Assembly (NCBI GenBank): GCA_963790025.1
Contig: CAWBMP010000003.1
Location: 96,001 to 160,000 of the forward strand
Direction of reading: 5' to 3'
Length of the DNA: 64,000 nucleotides
Source: Nitrospirota bacterium
GTDB lineage: Bacteria > Nitrospirota > Thermodesulfovibrionia > Thermodesulfovibrionales > Dissulfurispiraceae
Positions 44,521 to 53,689 of the stretch are shown piece after piece. The notes beneath the pieces are model-generated. The model did not search any database. It saw only the letters and a list, made by a program, of their open reading frames with translations, and had not been told where the DNA came from. Within the stretch, counting starts at the first letter, position 1; each line of letters begins with the position of its first letter. A program made the translations under genes and the position numbers.

Positions 44521-44967
44521 TGTAATGATAACTGCATGCTCATCGCATTCCGGAAACTTGTGGCATTTAAGGCAATCACCCCATATTTTTTGAGGAAGTT
44601 TGGCTTTATCTATGTCTCTGAATCCCATTTTTTTAAAGAAATCCGGCTGATAGGTGAGAGCAAAAACTTTCTGGATTCCGAGAGCTCTCGCCTCTTTCAG
44701 ACATTTCCTGACAAGTGATTTGCCAATGCCGTGGCGCTGGGATGTTTCTTTGACGGCCAGGGACCGTATTTCTGCAAGGTCCTCCCATAAAATACGGAGA
44801 GCGCACACACCCTTTATTGCACCGTTATGCTCATAGACCATAAAATCTCTGATGCCCTCATATAAATCATTAAGTGCACGGGGCAGCATTTCCTCTTTTT
44901 TCGCAAACTCGTTTACAAATTTATGGATCTGTTTTACGTCAGTTATGGTCGCCTTTCTTATGCTCAA
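44509..44967 (-). CDS. argA: GNAT N-acetyltransferase, short-form N-acetylglutamate synthase
   Basis: MLPR, WEDLAEIRSLAV, VFALTY..FF, LPQKIWGDCLKCHKFPECDE. Confidence 0.8.
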   Translation of the reverse strand: MSIRKATITDVKQIHKFVNEFAKKEEMLPRALNDLYEGIRDFMVYEHNGAIKGVCALRILWEDLAEIRSLAVKETSQRHGIGKSLVRKCLKEARALGIQKVFALTYQPDFFKKMGFRDIDKAKLPQKIWGDCLKCHKFPECDEHAVIITVNG

Positions 44968-45544
44968 TGATATCTAATCCTTTTTCAATTAATTGTCTGT
45001 TAATATCTATCATGTTTTTCCTGCTTGTGGGGGTCATATCGTTCAAGGCCCTTACAACCGAAGCAAGTGACAGAATACCCGTAGAAGAAATAAATGCCCC
45101 CATCATTACCATATTGGCCAACTTTGTATTGTTCATTGTTGCCGACAGCATGCTTGCAGGCACGCCCAGCACCTCGATGTTGTTTCCCATATCCACTGCT
45201 TCCCTAATTGCTTTGAGGGATGAAATAGGGGGGGTAAGGTCAGCAAGATCGATAAGAGATGAGTCATATAATAACATTCCGCCTGGGAGGATCTTGCCGG
45301 CAAAACGTTTGCAGGAAGCACTGTTCATTGCAACAAGTATGCGCGGATTTCGGACTACAGGAGAACCGATCATCTCATCAGAAATTATAACAGTACAATT
45401 TGCTGTGCCTCCCCGCATCTCTGCACCATAAGAAGGCATCCATGTGACCTCTTTACCTTCAAGCATTGTAGAATATGCCATAAGCCTGCCGAGAAACAGG
45501 GTTCCCTGTCCGCCAGATCCAGCTATTATGATTGTATGCTCCAT
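44939..45544 (-). CDS. 2-oxoacid:ferredoxin oxidoreductase gamma subunit
   Basis: AGSGGQG, PSYGAEMRGGTANC, ANMVMMGA. Confidence 0.92.
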   Translation of the reverse strand: MEHTIIIAGSGGQGTLFLGRLMAYSTMLEGKEVTWMPSYGAEMRGGTANCTVIISDEMIGSPVVRNPRILVAMNSASCKRFAGKILPGGMLLYDSSLIDLADLTPPISSLKAIREAVDMGNNIEVLGVPASMLSATMNNTKLANMVMMGAFISSTGILSLASVVRALNDMTPTSRKNMIDINRQLIEKGLDIIEHKKGDHN

Positions 45545-45556
45545 CGTTATAAGACT

Positions 45557-46309
45557 CTATGAGCTGTATATATCTTTCAAAATGCCTATTTTATAAACTT
45601 TCATCATTTTATCTCTTACCCATTCAATCGATTTATCAGGCGTAAGACCCCAGTCAGTAGGGCAGGGCGATAGAATCTCAACCATGCTGAATCCTTTCTG
45701 TTCCATTTGGTACGTGAAAGACTTCTCTATCATCTTTTTTGTTTGCAGAAGGTTTTTGACCGAATCAACAGACGTCCTAGCAATAAACGAGACACCGTCA
45801 ATAGTGGCAAGCATCTCGGCGACATGAAGAGGGTGACCTGTTGTCTTAATGTCTCTCCCTTTAGGTGTTGTAGTAGTTTTCTGCTCCGGCAGCGTTGTAG
45901 GCGCCATCTGTCCCCCTGTCATGCCGTAAGTGGCGTTATTGATGAAAAAGACGGATATGTTCTCTCCCCTGTTTGCAGCATGAATGATTTCTGCTGTACC
46001 GATTGCGGCAAGATCGCCATCTCCCTGGTACGAGAAGACGATTCGGTCAGGGAGTGTTCTTTTCATACCGGTAGCTGCAGCGGGAGGTCTGCCGTGAGCA
46101 ACTTCAATCATGTCGAAATCATAATAATCATAGGCAAAAACAGCACAGCCGACCGGAGCCATGCCTATGACTTTCTCTCGGATACCTAGTTCCCCTATTA
46201 CTTCAGCAATAAGCCGGTGGATCAGGCTATGACCGCAGCCGGGGCAGAAACGGAAAGGGGTCTTCTTAAGACTTTTGGGACGCTCAAAGACCTGCTTCAT
46301 AAGCAGCAT
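45557..46309 (-). CDS. 2-oxoacid:ferredoxin oxidoreductase beta subunit (ThDP-binding)
   Basis: FCPGCGH, YQGDGDLAAIG, NNATYGMTGGQMAPT, LSPCPT. Confidence 0.93.
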   Translation of the reverse strand: MLLMKQVFERPKSLKKTPFRFCPGCGHSLIHRLIAEVIGELGIREKVIGMAPVGCAVFAYDYYDFDMIEVAHGRPPAAATGMKRTLPDRIVFSYQGDGDLAAIGTAEIIHAANRGENISVFFINNATYGMTGGQMAPTTLPEQKTTTTPKGRDIKTTGHPLHVAEMLATIDGVSFIARTSVDSVKNLLQTKKMIEKSFTYQMEQKGFSMVEILSPCPTDWGLTPDKSIEWVRDKMMKVYKIGILKDIYSS

Positions 46310-47304
46310 TATAACACAGGTAAGGAAGACAGGAGAAGCCCTTCAAGTAATCCATAATCACTTATAGTTAAAGTATCGGCTTTAAGTATTTCCATCACTG
46401 TTATCAGGATAAGAATACCGGGAATTATAATATCAGCTCTCCCCGGTTCAAGCCCTTTTACATTGGTACGATCGCATAATGGCATAGAAGATAAATGTTC
46501 CAGAAGTCTTTTAAGTGAGGCAAAAGACATTCTGTATAAATGGACCTTCTCAGCATCATAAGTATTAAGACCCATATCGATTGCAGCGACTGTAGTAGCG
46601 GTGCCACCGGTTGCAACAAAACTCCTAATGTCATTATTGTGAATCCTGAAACTGATTCCTTCAGTTCGAAAAGACCTGCTAACTGATTCAAATACTTTAT
46701 TTTTAATGTGATCGATTTCTGATTTGGCAGGGGGGTCACTGCGGATAAAACGTTCATACAAGCGAACAGCCCCGATTTGAATACTACCTTTTATAGTGCA
46801 GCAGGTAGAAACCAAAGAGTCTGAGACATCTTTGTCGCTGAGTATCCACTCAGTGCTTCCCCCTCCAATGTCTGTAATAAAGGTTGGGAACTCCGGTGCC
46901 GGATCATATCCCAAAACACCTTTGACGGTCAATTCAGCCTCCATGTCTCCACTTATAATGATTACATCTATGCCTGTTTGTACTTTTACCGCTTCAACGA
47001 AAGCCTCCCTGTTGCCGGCATCGCGTAAGGCGCTCGTGCCGACAGCCACGATCTTTTGTACCTTAAATTTGTCGATTAATGCTTTAAATTGTTTTAGTGA
47101 ACTTATTGAATTATCGATATTATCTTGAATAAGTATGCCCTGTGTATTTAATCCTTGTCCGAGGCGTGTCACTGACCGGCTTGTCTGCAATCGAAATAAC
47201 TTTCCGTTGTCAATGTGTCCAATTAACAATCTTAAAGTGTTAGTGCCAATGTCAATTGCTGCATAAGTTGGTGCAAAAGGGTTGTTAGAGGATTGAGTCG
47301 TCAT
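46309..47304 (-). CDS. ppx: Ppx/GppA family phosphatase
   Basis: AAIDIGTNTLRL, TSALRDA, DIGGGSTE, GRADII, GLLEG. Confidence 0.9.
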   Translation of the reverse strand: MTTQSSNNPFAPTYAAIDIGTNTLRLLIGHIDNGKLFRLQTSRSVTRLGQGLNTQGILIQDNIDNSISSLKQFKALIDKFKVQKIVAVGTSALRDAGNREAFVEAVKVQTGIDVIIISGDMEAELTVKGVLGYDPAPEFPTFITDIGGGSTEWILSDKDVSDSLVSTCCTIKGSIQIGAVRLYERFIRSDPPAKSEIDHIKNKVFESVSRSFRTEGISFRIHNNDIRSFVATGGTATTVAAIDMGLNTYDAEKVHLYRMSFASLKRLLEHLSSMPLCDRTNVKGLEPGRADIIIPGILILITVMEILKADTLTISDYGLLEGLLLSSLPVL

Positions 47305-49003
47305 GGACTATTTTAAGAATTGTCCCAACAGCATCTTCCACTTTTACTTTAAGTATTTCTCTCGTGCGACGTATTTTTATTTCTATCATGTTATCCTTTA
47401 AATTCTTCTCACCTATAATAATATGTACCGGAATTCCGATAAGGTCAGCGTCTTTGAACTTGACTCCAGGTCTCAACTCACGGTCATCAAGCAAGACATC
47501 TATATTTCTATCCAACATGCTGTTGTAAATCTCTGAAAGATTCTGATAGAGAAATTGGGCTACCTCGATGGTCCTGGAGTCGCTCATATTTAAAGGAATT
47601 ATCTCGAGATCGAAGGGTGAAATAGTTTTCGGCCATATAATGCCGTCTTTATCGTAGTTTTGCTCAATGGCAGCAGCTGCGATCCGTGCAGGCCCAATAC
47701 CGTAACTACCCATTACAAGGGGTTTCTCATTTCCGCTATTGTCGAGATACACCGCATTCAATGCAACAGAATACTTTGTACCCAGTTTGAAGATATTACC
47801 AATCTCTATTACTTTTTCAATATTAATCTTTCTGTTGCATGCAGGGCAGATATCTCCCTCCTTAGCAGTGTGCAGGTCATTCCATTCAGCAGTGAAGTGG
47901 AAGCCAGGTTTAATACCTTTTACATGATAATCCAACTCGTTAGCTCCACTTATATATGTCCCTTCTTTAAGTGACAAGTCAGCAATGATCCGTATGTCAT
48001 GACCCATCGGACCGATGAAACCAGCCTCGATTCCAAGGATGGATAGTACCTCATCTTTCTGGGCGGGCCTGAATTGTCCTATAATGCGTATCATCTTTTT
48101 TTCGTGAAGGTCCTGATCACCGCGAAGCAAAGCGAGTACAGGCTCCTTTTCACTAATGAGCAAAAGACTCTTTATGAAATAGGGTTGTTCTATTCTTAAG
48201 TAATCGGACACCTCTTTGATGGTCTTTTTTTTCGGCGTAAAGACCTTTTCGTACTGCCAATTCTGATTTTCTACCGGAGGGGACACTGTTTTTGCTATTT
48301 CTACATTTGCCGTATAATTACCACACTTATCGCATAGTACTATTTCATCTTCGCCGGCCATGCTCGGGGCCATAAATTCATGGGCAGTTGCACCTCCCAT
48401 CATGCCTGGGTCCGACTCGACCTGATAAAACCTGAGCCCGCATCTATTAAATATTCTGTGATAGGCTTGAGCATGAAGTTCATAGCTCTTTTCCAGGCCT
48501 TCCACATCTGCATCAAAGCTGTAGCTATCTTTCATGACGAATTCTCTGGTCCTCAATACGCCACTTTTAGGCCTTGCCTCATCACGCAGCTTCGTCTGTA
48601 TCTGGTACCATATCTGGGGAAGGTCCCTGTAAGAATGGATTTCTTTAGACGCAAGCCATGTCATAATCTCTTCATGAGTCATTCCCAGGCACATATCCCT
48701 GTTGTTCCTGTCTTTCAAACGAAACATCTCTTCCTTGATAGCATCCCAGCGCCCTGTCTTCTGCCAAATCTCAGCAGGATGCAAGATGGGCATTGTAATC
48801 ATTTGAGCGCCGATCTTATCCATCTCATCCTGTAATATCCTGTTGATTCTATTGAACACTCTCCAGCATAGTGGGAGGAATATGTACAGACCCGCTGCAA
48901 GCTGTCGGACGTATCCCGCACGAAGCATGAGCTTATGGCTGATTGACTCAGCCTCAGATGGAATTTCCCTCATTGTGGGAATAAGCAGTTTAGAATAATG
49001 CAT
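47285..49003 (-). CDS. proS: Proline--tRNA ligase
   Basis: SHKLMLRAG, THEE, RDEARP..GVLRTREFVMKDSYSF, GNIFKLGTKYS, GSYGIG, PGVKFKDADLIG. Confidence 0.97.
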   Translation of the reverse strand: MHYSKLLIPTMREIPSEAESISHKLMLRAGYVRQLAAGLYIFLPLCWRVFNRINRILQDEMDKIGAQMITMPILHPAEIWQKTGRWDAIKEEMFRLKDRNNRDMCLGMTHEEIMTWLASKEIHSYRDLPQIWYQIQTKLRDEARPKSGVLRTREFVMKDSYSFDADVEGLEKSYELHAQAYHRIFNRCGLRFYQVESDPGMMGGATAHEFMAPSMAGEDEIVLCDKCGNYTANVEIAKTVSPPVENQNWQYEKVFTPKKKTIKEVSDYLRIEQPYFIKSLLLISEKEPVLALLRGDQDLHEKKMIRIIGQFRPAQKDEVLSILGIEAGFIGPMGHDIRIIADLSLKEGTYISGANELDYHVKGIKPGFHFTAEWNDLHTAKEGDICPACNRKINIEKVIEIGNIFKLGTKYSVALNAVYLDNSGNEKPLVMGSYGIGPARIAAAAIEQNYDKDGIIWPKTISPFDLEIIPLNMSDSRTIEVAQFLYQNLSEIYNSMLDRNIDVLLDDRELRPGVKFKDADLIGIPVHIIIGEKNLKDNMIEIKIRRTREILKVKVEDAVGTILKIVHDDSIL

Positions 49004-49187
49004 AATAGGGTCTTCCTCCAAGGGTTTTAAATAAGATCGATACTCTAAACTATATCATTATTTTTCAATGAAAAACAATAGTAACTCATTCTTAAAAAAT
49101 CTTCATAAGCACTTACTTGTCTTTTTTTTAAAAAATGTAATCTCGTCTTTTCAAATAGTTAACTGAAATGTAGGTATTTTGCCCAAA

Positions 49188-49230
49188 TGTGACAGGCATG
49201 TGACGATTTTCTGACATTTTGGAGACATTT
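49188..49230. repeat. Four GAC(A/G) direct repeats at exact 11-bp period
   Basis: gaca 49191, gacg 49202, gaca 49213, gaca 49224; on the minus strand these read as TGTCA/CTGTCAC-like units. Confidence 0.5.
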
Positions 49231-49303
49231 AGTTGTCGTATCATAGTGGAAGGACAGAACAACACTGTAACTATTTGTTTTACCTACATTCGATCGGGAC
49301 ATA

Positions 49304-49331
49304 ACTTTACATAATATATCTTATCGGACAT
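49304..49331 (-). other. dif site (XerC/XerD chromosome dimer resolution site)
   Basis: Minus strand ATGTCCGATAA-GATATA-TTATGTAAAGT, 11-6-11 architecture matching dif (E. coli GGTGCGCATAA-TGTATA-TTATGTTAAAT); AT-rich intergenic location. Confidence 0.88.
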
Positions 49332-49448
49332 AATAAATAAACAAGGAATGTTGGTAACATGTTATCAACCACGTTAATAATTGTCAGGTAAAAGCGTACT
49401 TGCTGGGTTCTATCTGTGATGTATAAGTTATAGGCAGATATAAAAAGA

Positions 49449-50729
49449 TTAAATGTTAATGGGTTCTCGATAATTATTGGGGATTCCCAGCGCTTGATTA
49501 TTTTTATATCCTGTAACCCTAATATTTATCAAGGTTTCTTGCCTATGATCAAACCCATCGGCCAGCAAAACCTTGATATAATTGGCGCTCGTGCCAACAT
49601 ATCCCTCAAAGCCCTTATTTTCGACTATTATTTCGAGTATCTGATTGTAATGCCTTAATATATAATCCTTTCTTTTGGAATCACCGATACCTTTTAAAAT
49701 ACTAACCCTTTGTTTTTTTAGGTTTTCTGAGATTTGATTATTAAATGAGGCAGCCCTTGTTCCCGGTCTTGACGAGTAAGGGAAAACATGAATATATGAA
49801 AATGGCATCGCCTCAATAAAACTGCGAGTCTTAAGGAAGCTCTCTTCATCCTCCCCTGGAAAACCCACAATTACATCCGTACCAATTGCTATATCAGGGA
49901 ACCTTTTAACAATTACTTGTATTTTACCTGTATAATCCCGTGTAGAATATGTCCTATTCATGCTCTTAAGTATAGAATCATCACTGCTCTGAAGTGGAAT
50001 ATGAAGGTGATTGCAAACTCTTCTATCGCTTATTACATCAAGCAGTTCATCATTTATTTCGTTAATTTCGAGTGAACTAAGCCTTATTCTCTTTATATTT
50101 GTTTCTTTAAGTATTCCTTTCAGTAAAAATGCAAGTGATTTCTTGGGGTCAAAATCAAGACCATAAGTTCCGAGGTGTATCCCGGTGAGGACAACCTCTT
50201 TGTATCCGGACTCATGATAGTTGTCTATTTTACGGATTATATCTTTATAAGATTCACTTCTGGATATTCCCCTTGCCATGGGAATAGTGCAATAACTGCA
50301 GAAATAATTGCATCCATCCTGCACCTTGACAATCGGCCTATGCCTTGAATAACCAGAGATTTTCTGGGGTAGTGCGATATTAATGAAGGAAGTAGTTGAA
50401 TAAGAGCCGAGTAAGTTACTGATAAAACGGACTTTATCGCTATTTTTAATTACATCTATCGTATCTCCAATCAGTTTTATTGAATCTGAATTCAGCTCGG
50501 CGTAACAACCTGTAACTATCACTTTAGCACTGTTTCTTAATGCCTTATGTATCAATTGTCTTGATTGCTGGTCTGCCTTGGCAGTTACCGCGCACGTATT
50601 AATGATACACAAATCAGGAGATTCAGAAATAGTGACTATATCATGACCGGCGCACTTCAACGCGCCTTCAATACTAAGGCTTTCGGCCTGATTAGTTCTG
50701 CACCCGAGAGTTACAATAGATACCTTCAT
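49449..50729 (-). CDS. mtaB: tRNA t6A37 methylthiotransferase MtaB
   Basis: TLGCRTNQAES, INTCAVT, KVQDGCNYFCSYC, LTGIHLGTYG, HVFPYSSRPGT. Confidence 0.92.
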   Translation of the reverse strand: MKVSIVTLGCRTNQAESLSIEGALKCAGHDIVTISESPDLCIINTCAVTAKADQQSRQLIHKALRNSAKVIVTGCYAELNSDSIKLIGDTIDVIKNSDKVRFISNLLGSYSTTSFINIALPQKISGYSRHRPIVKVQDGCNYFCSYCTIPMARGISRSESYKDIIRKIDNYHESGYKEVVLTGIHLGTYGLDFDPKKSLAFLLKGILKETNIKRIRLSSLEINEINDELLDVISDRRVCNHLHIPLQSSDDSILKSMNRTYSTRDYTGKIQVIVKRFPDIAIGTDVIVGFPGEDEESFLKTRSFIEAMPFSYIHVFPYSSRPGTRAASFNNQISENLKKQRVSILKGIGDSKRKDYILRHYNQILEIIVENKGFEGYVGTSANYIKVLLADGFDHRQETLINIRVTGYKNNQALGIPNNYREPINI

Positions 50730-50740
50730 GTAATTATTTA

Positions 50741-50854
50741 AAACATGGCTAAAGGCAAAGGGCTAAAGGCAATAGGCCAAGTAACGCAGGAAATACAAAA
50801 TAGAAATCTGCTCTTTGACCTTTTGCCTTTCGCCATTTGCCTTTAGCCATGTTT
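50741..50854. repeat. Inverted array of 7-nt units (ggcwaaa / tttwgcc) at miaB-mtaB junction
   Basis: aaacatggctaaaggcaaa (50741-50759) perfectly inverted at 50836-50854; further units gggctaa aggcaat aggccaa / tttgacc ttttgcc tttcgcc. Confidence 0.8.
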
Positions 50855-52174
50855 AATTAATCCTACCAGTGAATGTCTGTTAGCCTTTATTATGGTTACG
50901 TTAGCCAGATATCCAATCCTACCTCGCCCACCTTCATTAACCGGGAATATCGTGGTATTGGTTTCATCAAAAGCAACACTTACGATTTTATTTGTTCTTG
51001 TCCTCCCAGACATTTTTGCCGGATCTCTTTCATCAGGACCTTCCATAAGTATCTCTTGCACTACATTTATAAGGCCCCCATTTTTTTTTTCGTTAATATT
51101 GTTTTGTACTTCAAGTATTTCATTTAGCCGCGACAATTTAACGGCATCATCCAGGTGGCCACTCATTCCTGCTGCTTTCGTACCTTTCCTCAACGAATAA
51201 TGAAAAGCAAAGATGCCGTCGAATTCAATTTTATGCAGCGCATTAAGAGTCAGCTGGTGATCCTCAAGTGTTTCCTCAGGGAATCCAGCAATAATATCTG
51301 AAGTTATTGCAATTCCAGGTATTAGCTTACGTAAATCATCAACTTTGCGCATGTATTCATCAAATGAATATTTACGATTCATTAAAGATAATATTTTTGT
51401 CGATCCCGATTGAAGCGGCAAATGAATATGTTCGCATACCTTTTCAAGGTCTCTCATAGCAAAAATCAAATCGTCAGACAAATTTTTCGGATGAGAAGTG
51501 ACGAACCTGATTCGCTTTAGTCCTTCTATTTTATCTGCTGCTTTAAGTAATTCGGGAAACCTCATGTCGCTCTCATATGAATTGACATTTTGGCCCAGAA
51601 GAGTTACTTCCTTGTATCCTTTGTCAACAAGGTCCTTTATTTCTTCAAGTATTGTCCGGCTCGGCCTGCTCTGCTCCCTACCTCTCGTATACGGTACAAT
51701 GCAGTAGCTGCAAAAATTATTGCAGCCATAAACTATGTTGATCCAGGCCGTGACCCCATCCTTTCTTGCGACAGGAAGTTCTGCGGTTGACAACAGCGGG
51801 TTGTCTTCAACGGCAATTTTAGCAGCTTTTGACTTAAGAATATCTCTAATTATATGAATATTCTGCGGCCCTATTACATGATCAACGTATGGCACCCTTT
51901 TTAAGATATTTTTACCTTCCTGCTGCGCGATGCAACCTGCCACGGCTATTGCAAGTCCGGGCTTTGTTTTTTTTAGGCTCTTTAGCCGTCCCAGTTCGCT
52001 GTAAAACTTTTGCTCAGCCTTTTGGCGAATGCTGCAGGTATTAAAAATCACAAGGTCGGCATCCTGCGGTTTATCGGTTTCAGTATACCCTTCCGACTGT
52101 AAAATACCGGACATCTTTTCGGAATCATGGACATTCATCTGGCAACCGAAGGTTGATATATAATATTTAGTCAT
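50843..52174 (-). CDS. miaB: tRNA i6A37 methylthiotransferase MiaB
   Basis: TFGCQMNVHDSE, NTCSIRQKAE, GCNNFCSYCIVPYTRGRE, LLGQNVNSY, GRTRTNKIV TRAM domain. Confidence 0.95.
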   Translation of the reverse strand: MTKYYISTFGCQMNVHDSEKMSGILQSEGYTETDKPQDADLVIFNTCSIRQKAEQKFYSELGRLKSLKKTKPGLAIAVAGCIAQQEGKNILKRVPYVDHVIGPQNIHIIRDILKSKAAKIAVEDNPLLSTAELPVARKDGVTAWINIVYGCNNFCSYCIVPYTRGREQSRPSRTILEEIKDLVDKGYKEVTLLGQNVNSYESDMRFPELLKAADKIEGLKRIRFVTSHPKNLSDDLIFAMRDLEKVCEHIHLPLQSGSTKILSLMNRKYSFDEYMRKVDDLRKLIPGIAITSDIIAGFPEETLEDHQLTLNALHKIEFDGIFAFHYSLRKGTKAAGMSGHLDDAVKLSRLNEILEVQNNINEKKNGGLINVVQEILMEGPDERDPAKMSGRTRTNKIVSVAFDETNTTIFPVNEGGRGRIGYLANVTIIKANRHSLVGLIKHG

Positions 52175-52283
52175 AATATTAATCAGTTATGCTATCGTCT
52201 AATAAAGACTCGACCGTCAATAGCTCACGCATGGTCAAACTATTTTACCTCATTTGCCTGAAAAAAATCATACTACTGTAAGC

Positions 52284-53048
52284 CTACTTCTTGCCAATGG
52301 CAATATTTAAAGTATATACGACTTCTCCTCCTGCATTATCGGAAATTTTAACCTTAACACTTTGATCTCCTGAAATATTTGCAGGTAACACCCACTTTAT
52401 TAGCCCACTATTCTTATCAATATCCATGCCTTGCGGGGCACTTACAAGAGAATAGTTGATCGGATATCCGTCAGGGTCAACAGCTTTAATCTGGTAAAGC
52501 AGCACCTTGCCGTCAAAGCTGACCTGGTTGCTTTCAGTCAATTTCGGAGCAGATTTCTTTATTTCAGCAGTTAAAATTCGTGATGGCCCATAATTCTTAC
52601 CATCGAAAGGGGTTATTTTAACCGAAATTTTGTCTCCCATTTTAAAGCCGCTGATGCTATCAGTGTCTCCGGCATAAAAACTATTCTTAGTCCATTCGAA
52701 CTTAAATGAGAGAGGCTTTCCTTTGCTGTCCTGCCCTTCAGCAACTACCCGCAAGATATCACAATTGTCTTTATTTTCAGGGATTATGCATGCTTTCCTT
52801 AACACTAAATGAGTGTTCATCACCTCTTTATCGGTTTCAAGGCTTGGCATTGAGGAATTGTCGGAGGAGTTTGCTTCCTTCGTCTGATCGTCAGAATGTG
52901 TAACAGAGAGTGCCCCCCCATGGCTTGTACCTCTATCTATGGCTGTTTTCGTTTTGTCCGGACCGCACGAGCAGATAATAAACAATGAAACAGAGATAAC
53001 AAGCGGTTTTACTAAATGCCTTGCGGTAAAATGGACAATCATAATCAA
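52284..53048 (-). CDS. Putative lipoprotein with Ig-like (cadherin/He_PIG-like) domains
   Basis: Lipobox-like IICSC; TPFDGKNYG; AVDPDGYPINYSLVSAPQGMDIDKNSGLIKW; TTG start overlaps pilX stop. Confidence 0.7.
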   Translation of the reverse strand: MIMIVHFTARHLVKPLVISVSLFIICSCGPDKTKTAIDRGTSHGGALSVTHSDDQTKEANSSDNSSMPSLETDKEVMNTHLVLRKACIIPENKDNCDILRVVAEGQDSKGKPLSFKFEWTKNSFYAGDTDSISGFKMGDKISVKITPFDGKNYGPSRILTAEIKKSAPKLTESNQVSFDGKVLLYQIKAVDPDGYPINYSLVSAPQGMDIDKNSGLIKWVLPANISGDQSVKVKISDNAGGEVVYTLNIAIGKK

Positions 53049-53680
53049 TATGCGTATATTGCGGAGAGATTGGCCCTTTGTTCGGGCACATTTGCCCCTG
53101 TGTCAAGCTCGCCCTGGACTTCTATTCGGTAGACGTAAGGGAAGTGCTGGGGGACAATTATCCCGGAGGATGCATCGACGACCCCTGCACCCTCGAGATC
53201 CAGTCCGCTTGTATCAGTATTACCCGGAACGGTATCTACAATCTTTGTGTACACATTATAAGTAGTATTCGGCTCGGCCGAATTTAATTGGAATGTCATG
53301 TCAGCAGTAATAGTAGAGGGATTATTGGGATCTCTAAGAGTGAGAGTGCTATCGCATCCCGCCGGCCAATTCACAGTAGCCTGTGTCAGCTTGGCCGTGA
53401 AACATGGATCTCCTGCAAGGGTAGACATCATGCCTCCATAATTACCTATAGCTGACAGGACCACCATAGAGTTAATTGTTTTTGGAATAATATCTTTTGT
53501 AATGATCTCTACGCCGCCTTGCGATGCGTCCCGAGCTGTTGAATATCTCTTTTCAAACCCTGATAAAACGGTCCCCCTTGTAACAAAATAGATGGCGAGC
53601 ATTATTATACCAAGGATGATGAGGGTGAGAAGCAACGATGTTATAAGGGCAACGCCTTTTTGATTTTTTATGTAATTCAT
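53045..53680 (-). CDS. pilX: Type IV minor pilin PilX-like
   Basis: QKG/VALITSLLL prepilin-like N-terminus lacking Glu+5; last pilin of cluster. Confidence 0.8.
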   Translation of the reverse strand: MNYIKNQKGVALITSLLLTLIILGIIMLAIYFVTRGTVLSGFEKRYSTARDASQGGVEIITKDIIPKTINSMVVLSAIGNYGGMMSTLAGDPCFTAKLTQATVNWPAGCDSTLTLRDPNNPSTITADMTFQLNSAEPNTTYNVYTKIVDTVPGNTDTSGLDLEGAGVVDASSGIIVPQHFPYVYRIEVQGELDTGANVPEQRANLSAIYAY

Positions 53681-53689
53681 TCTTATTGC

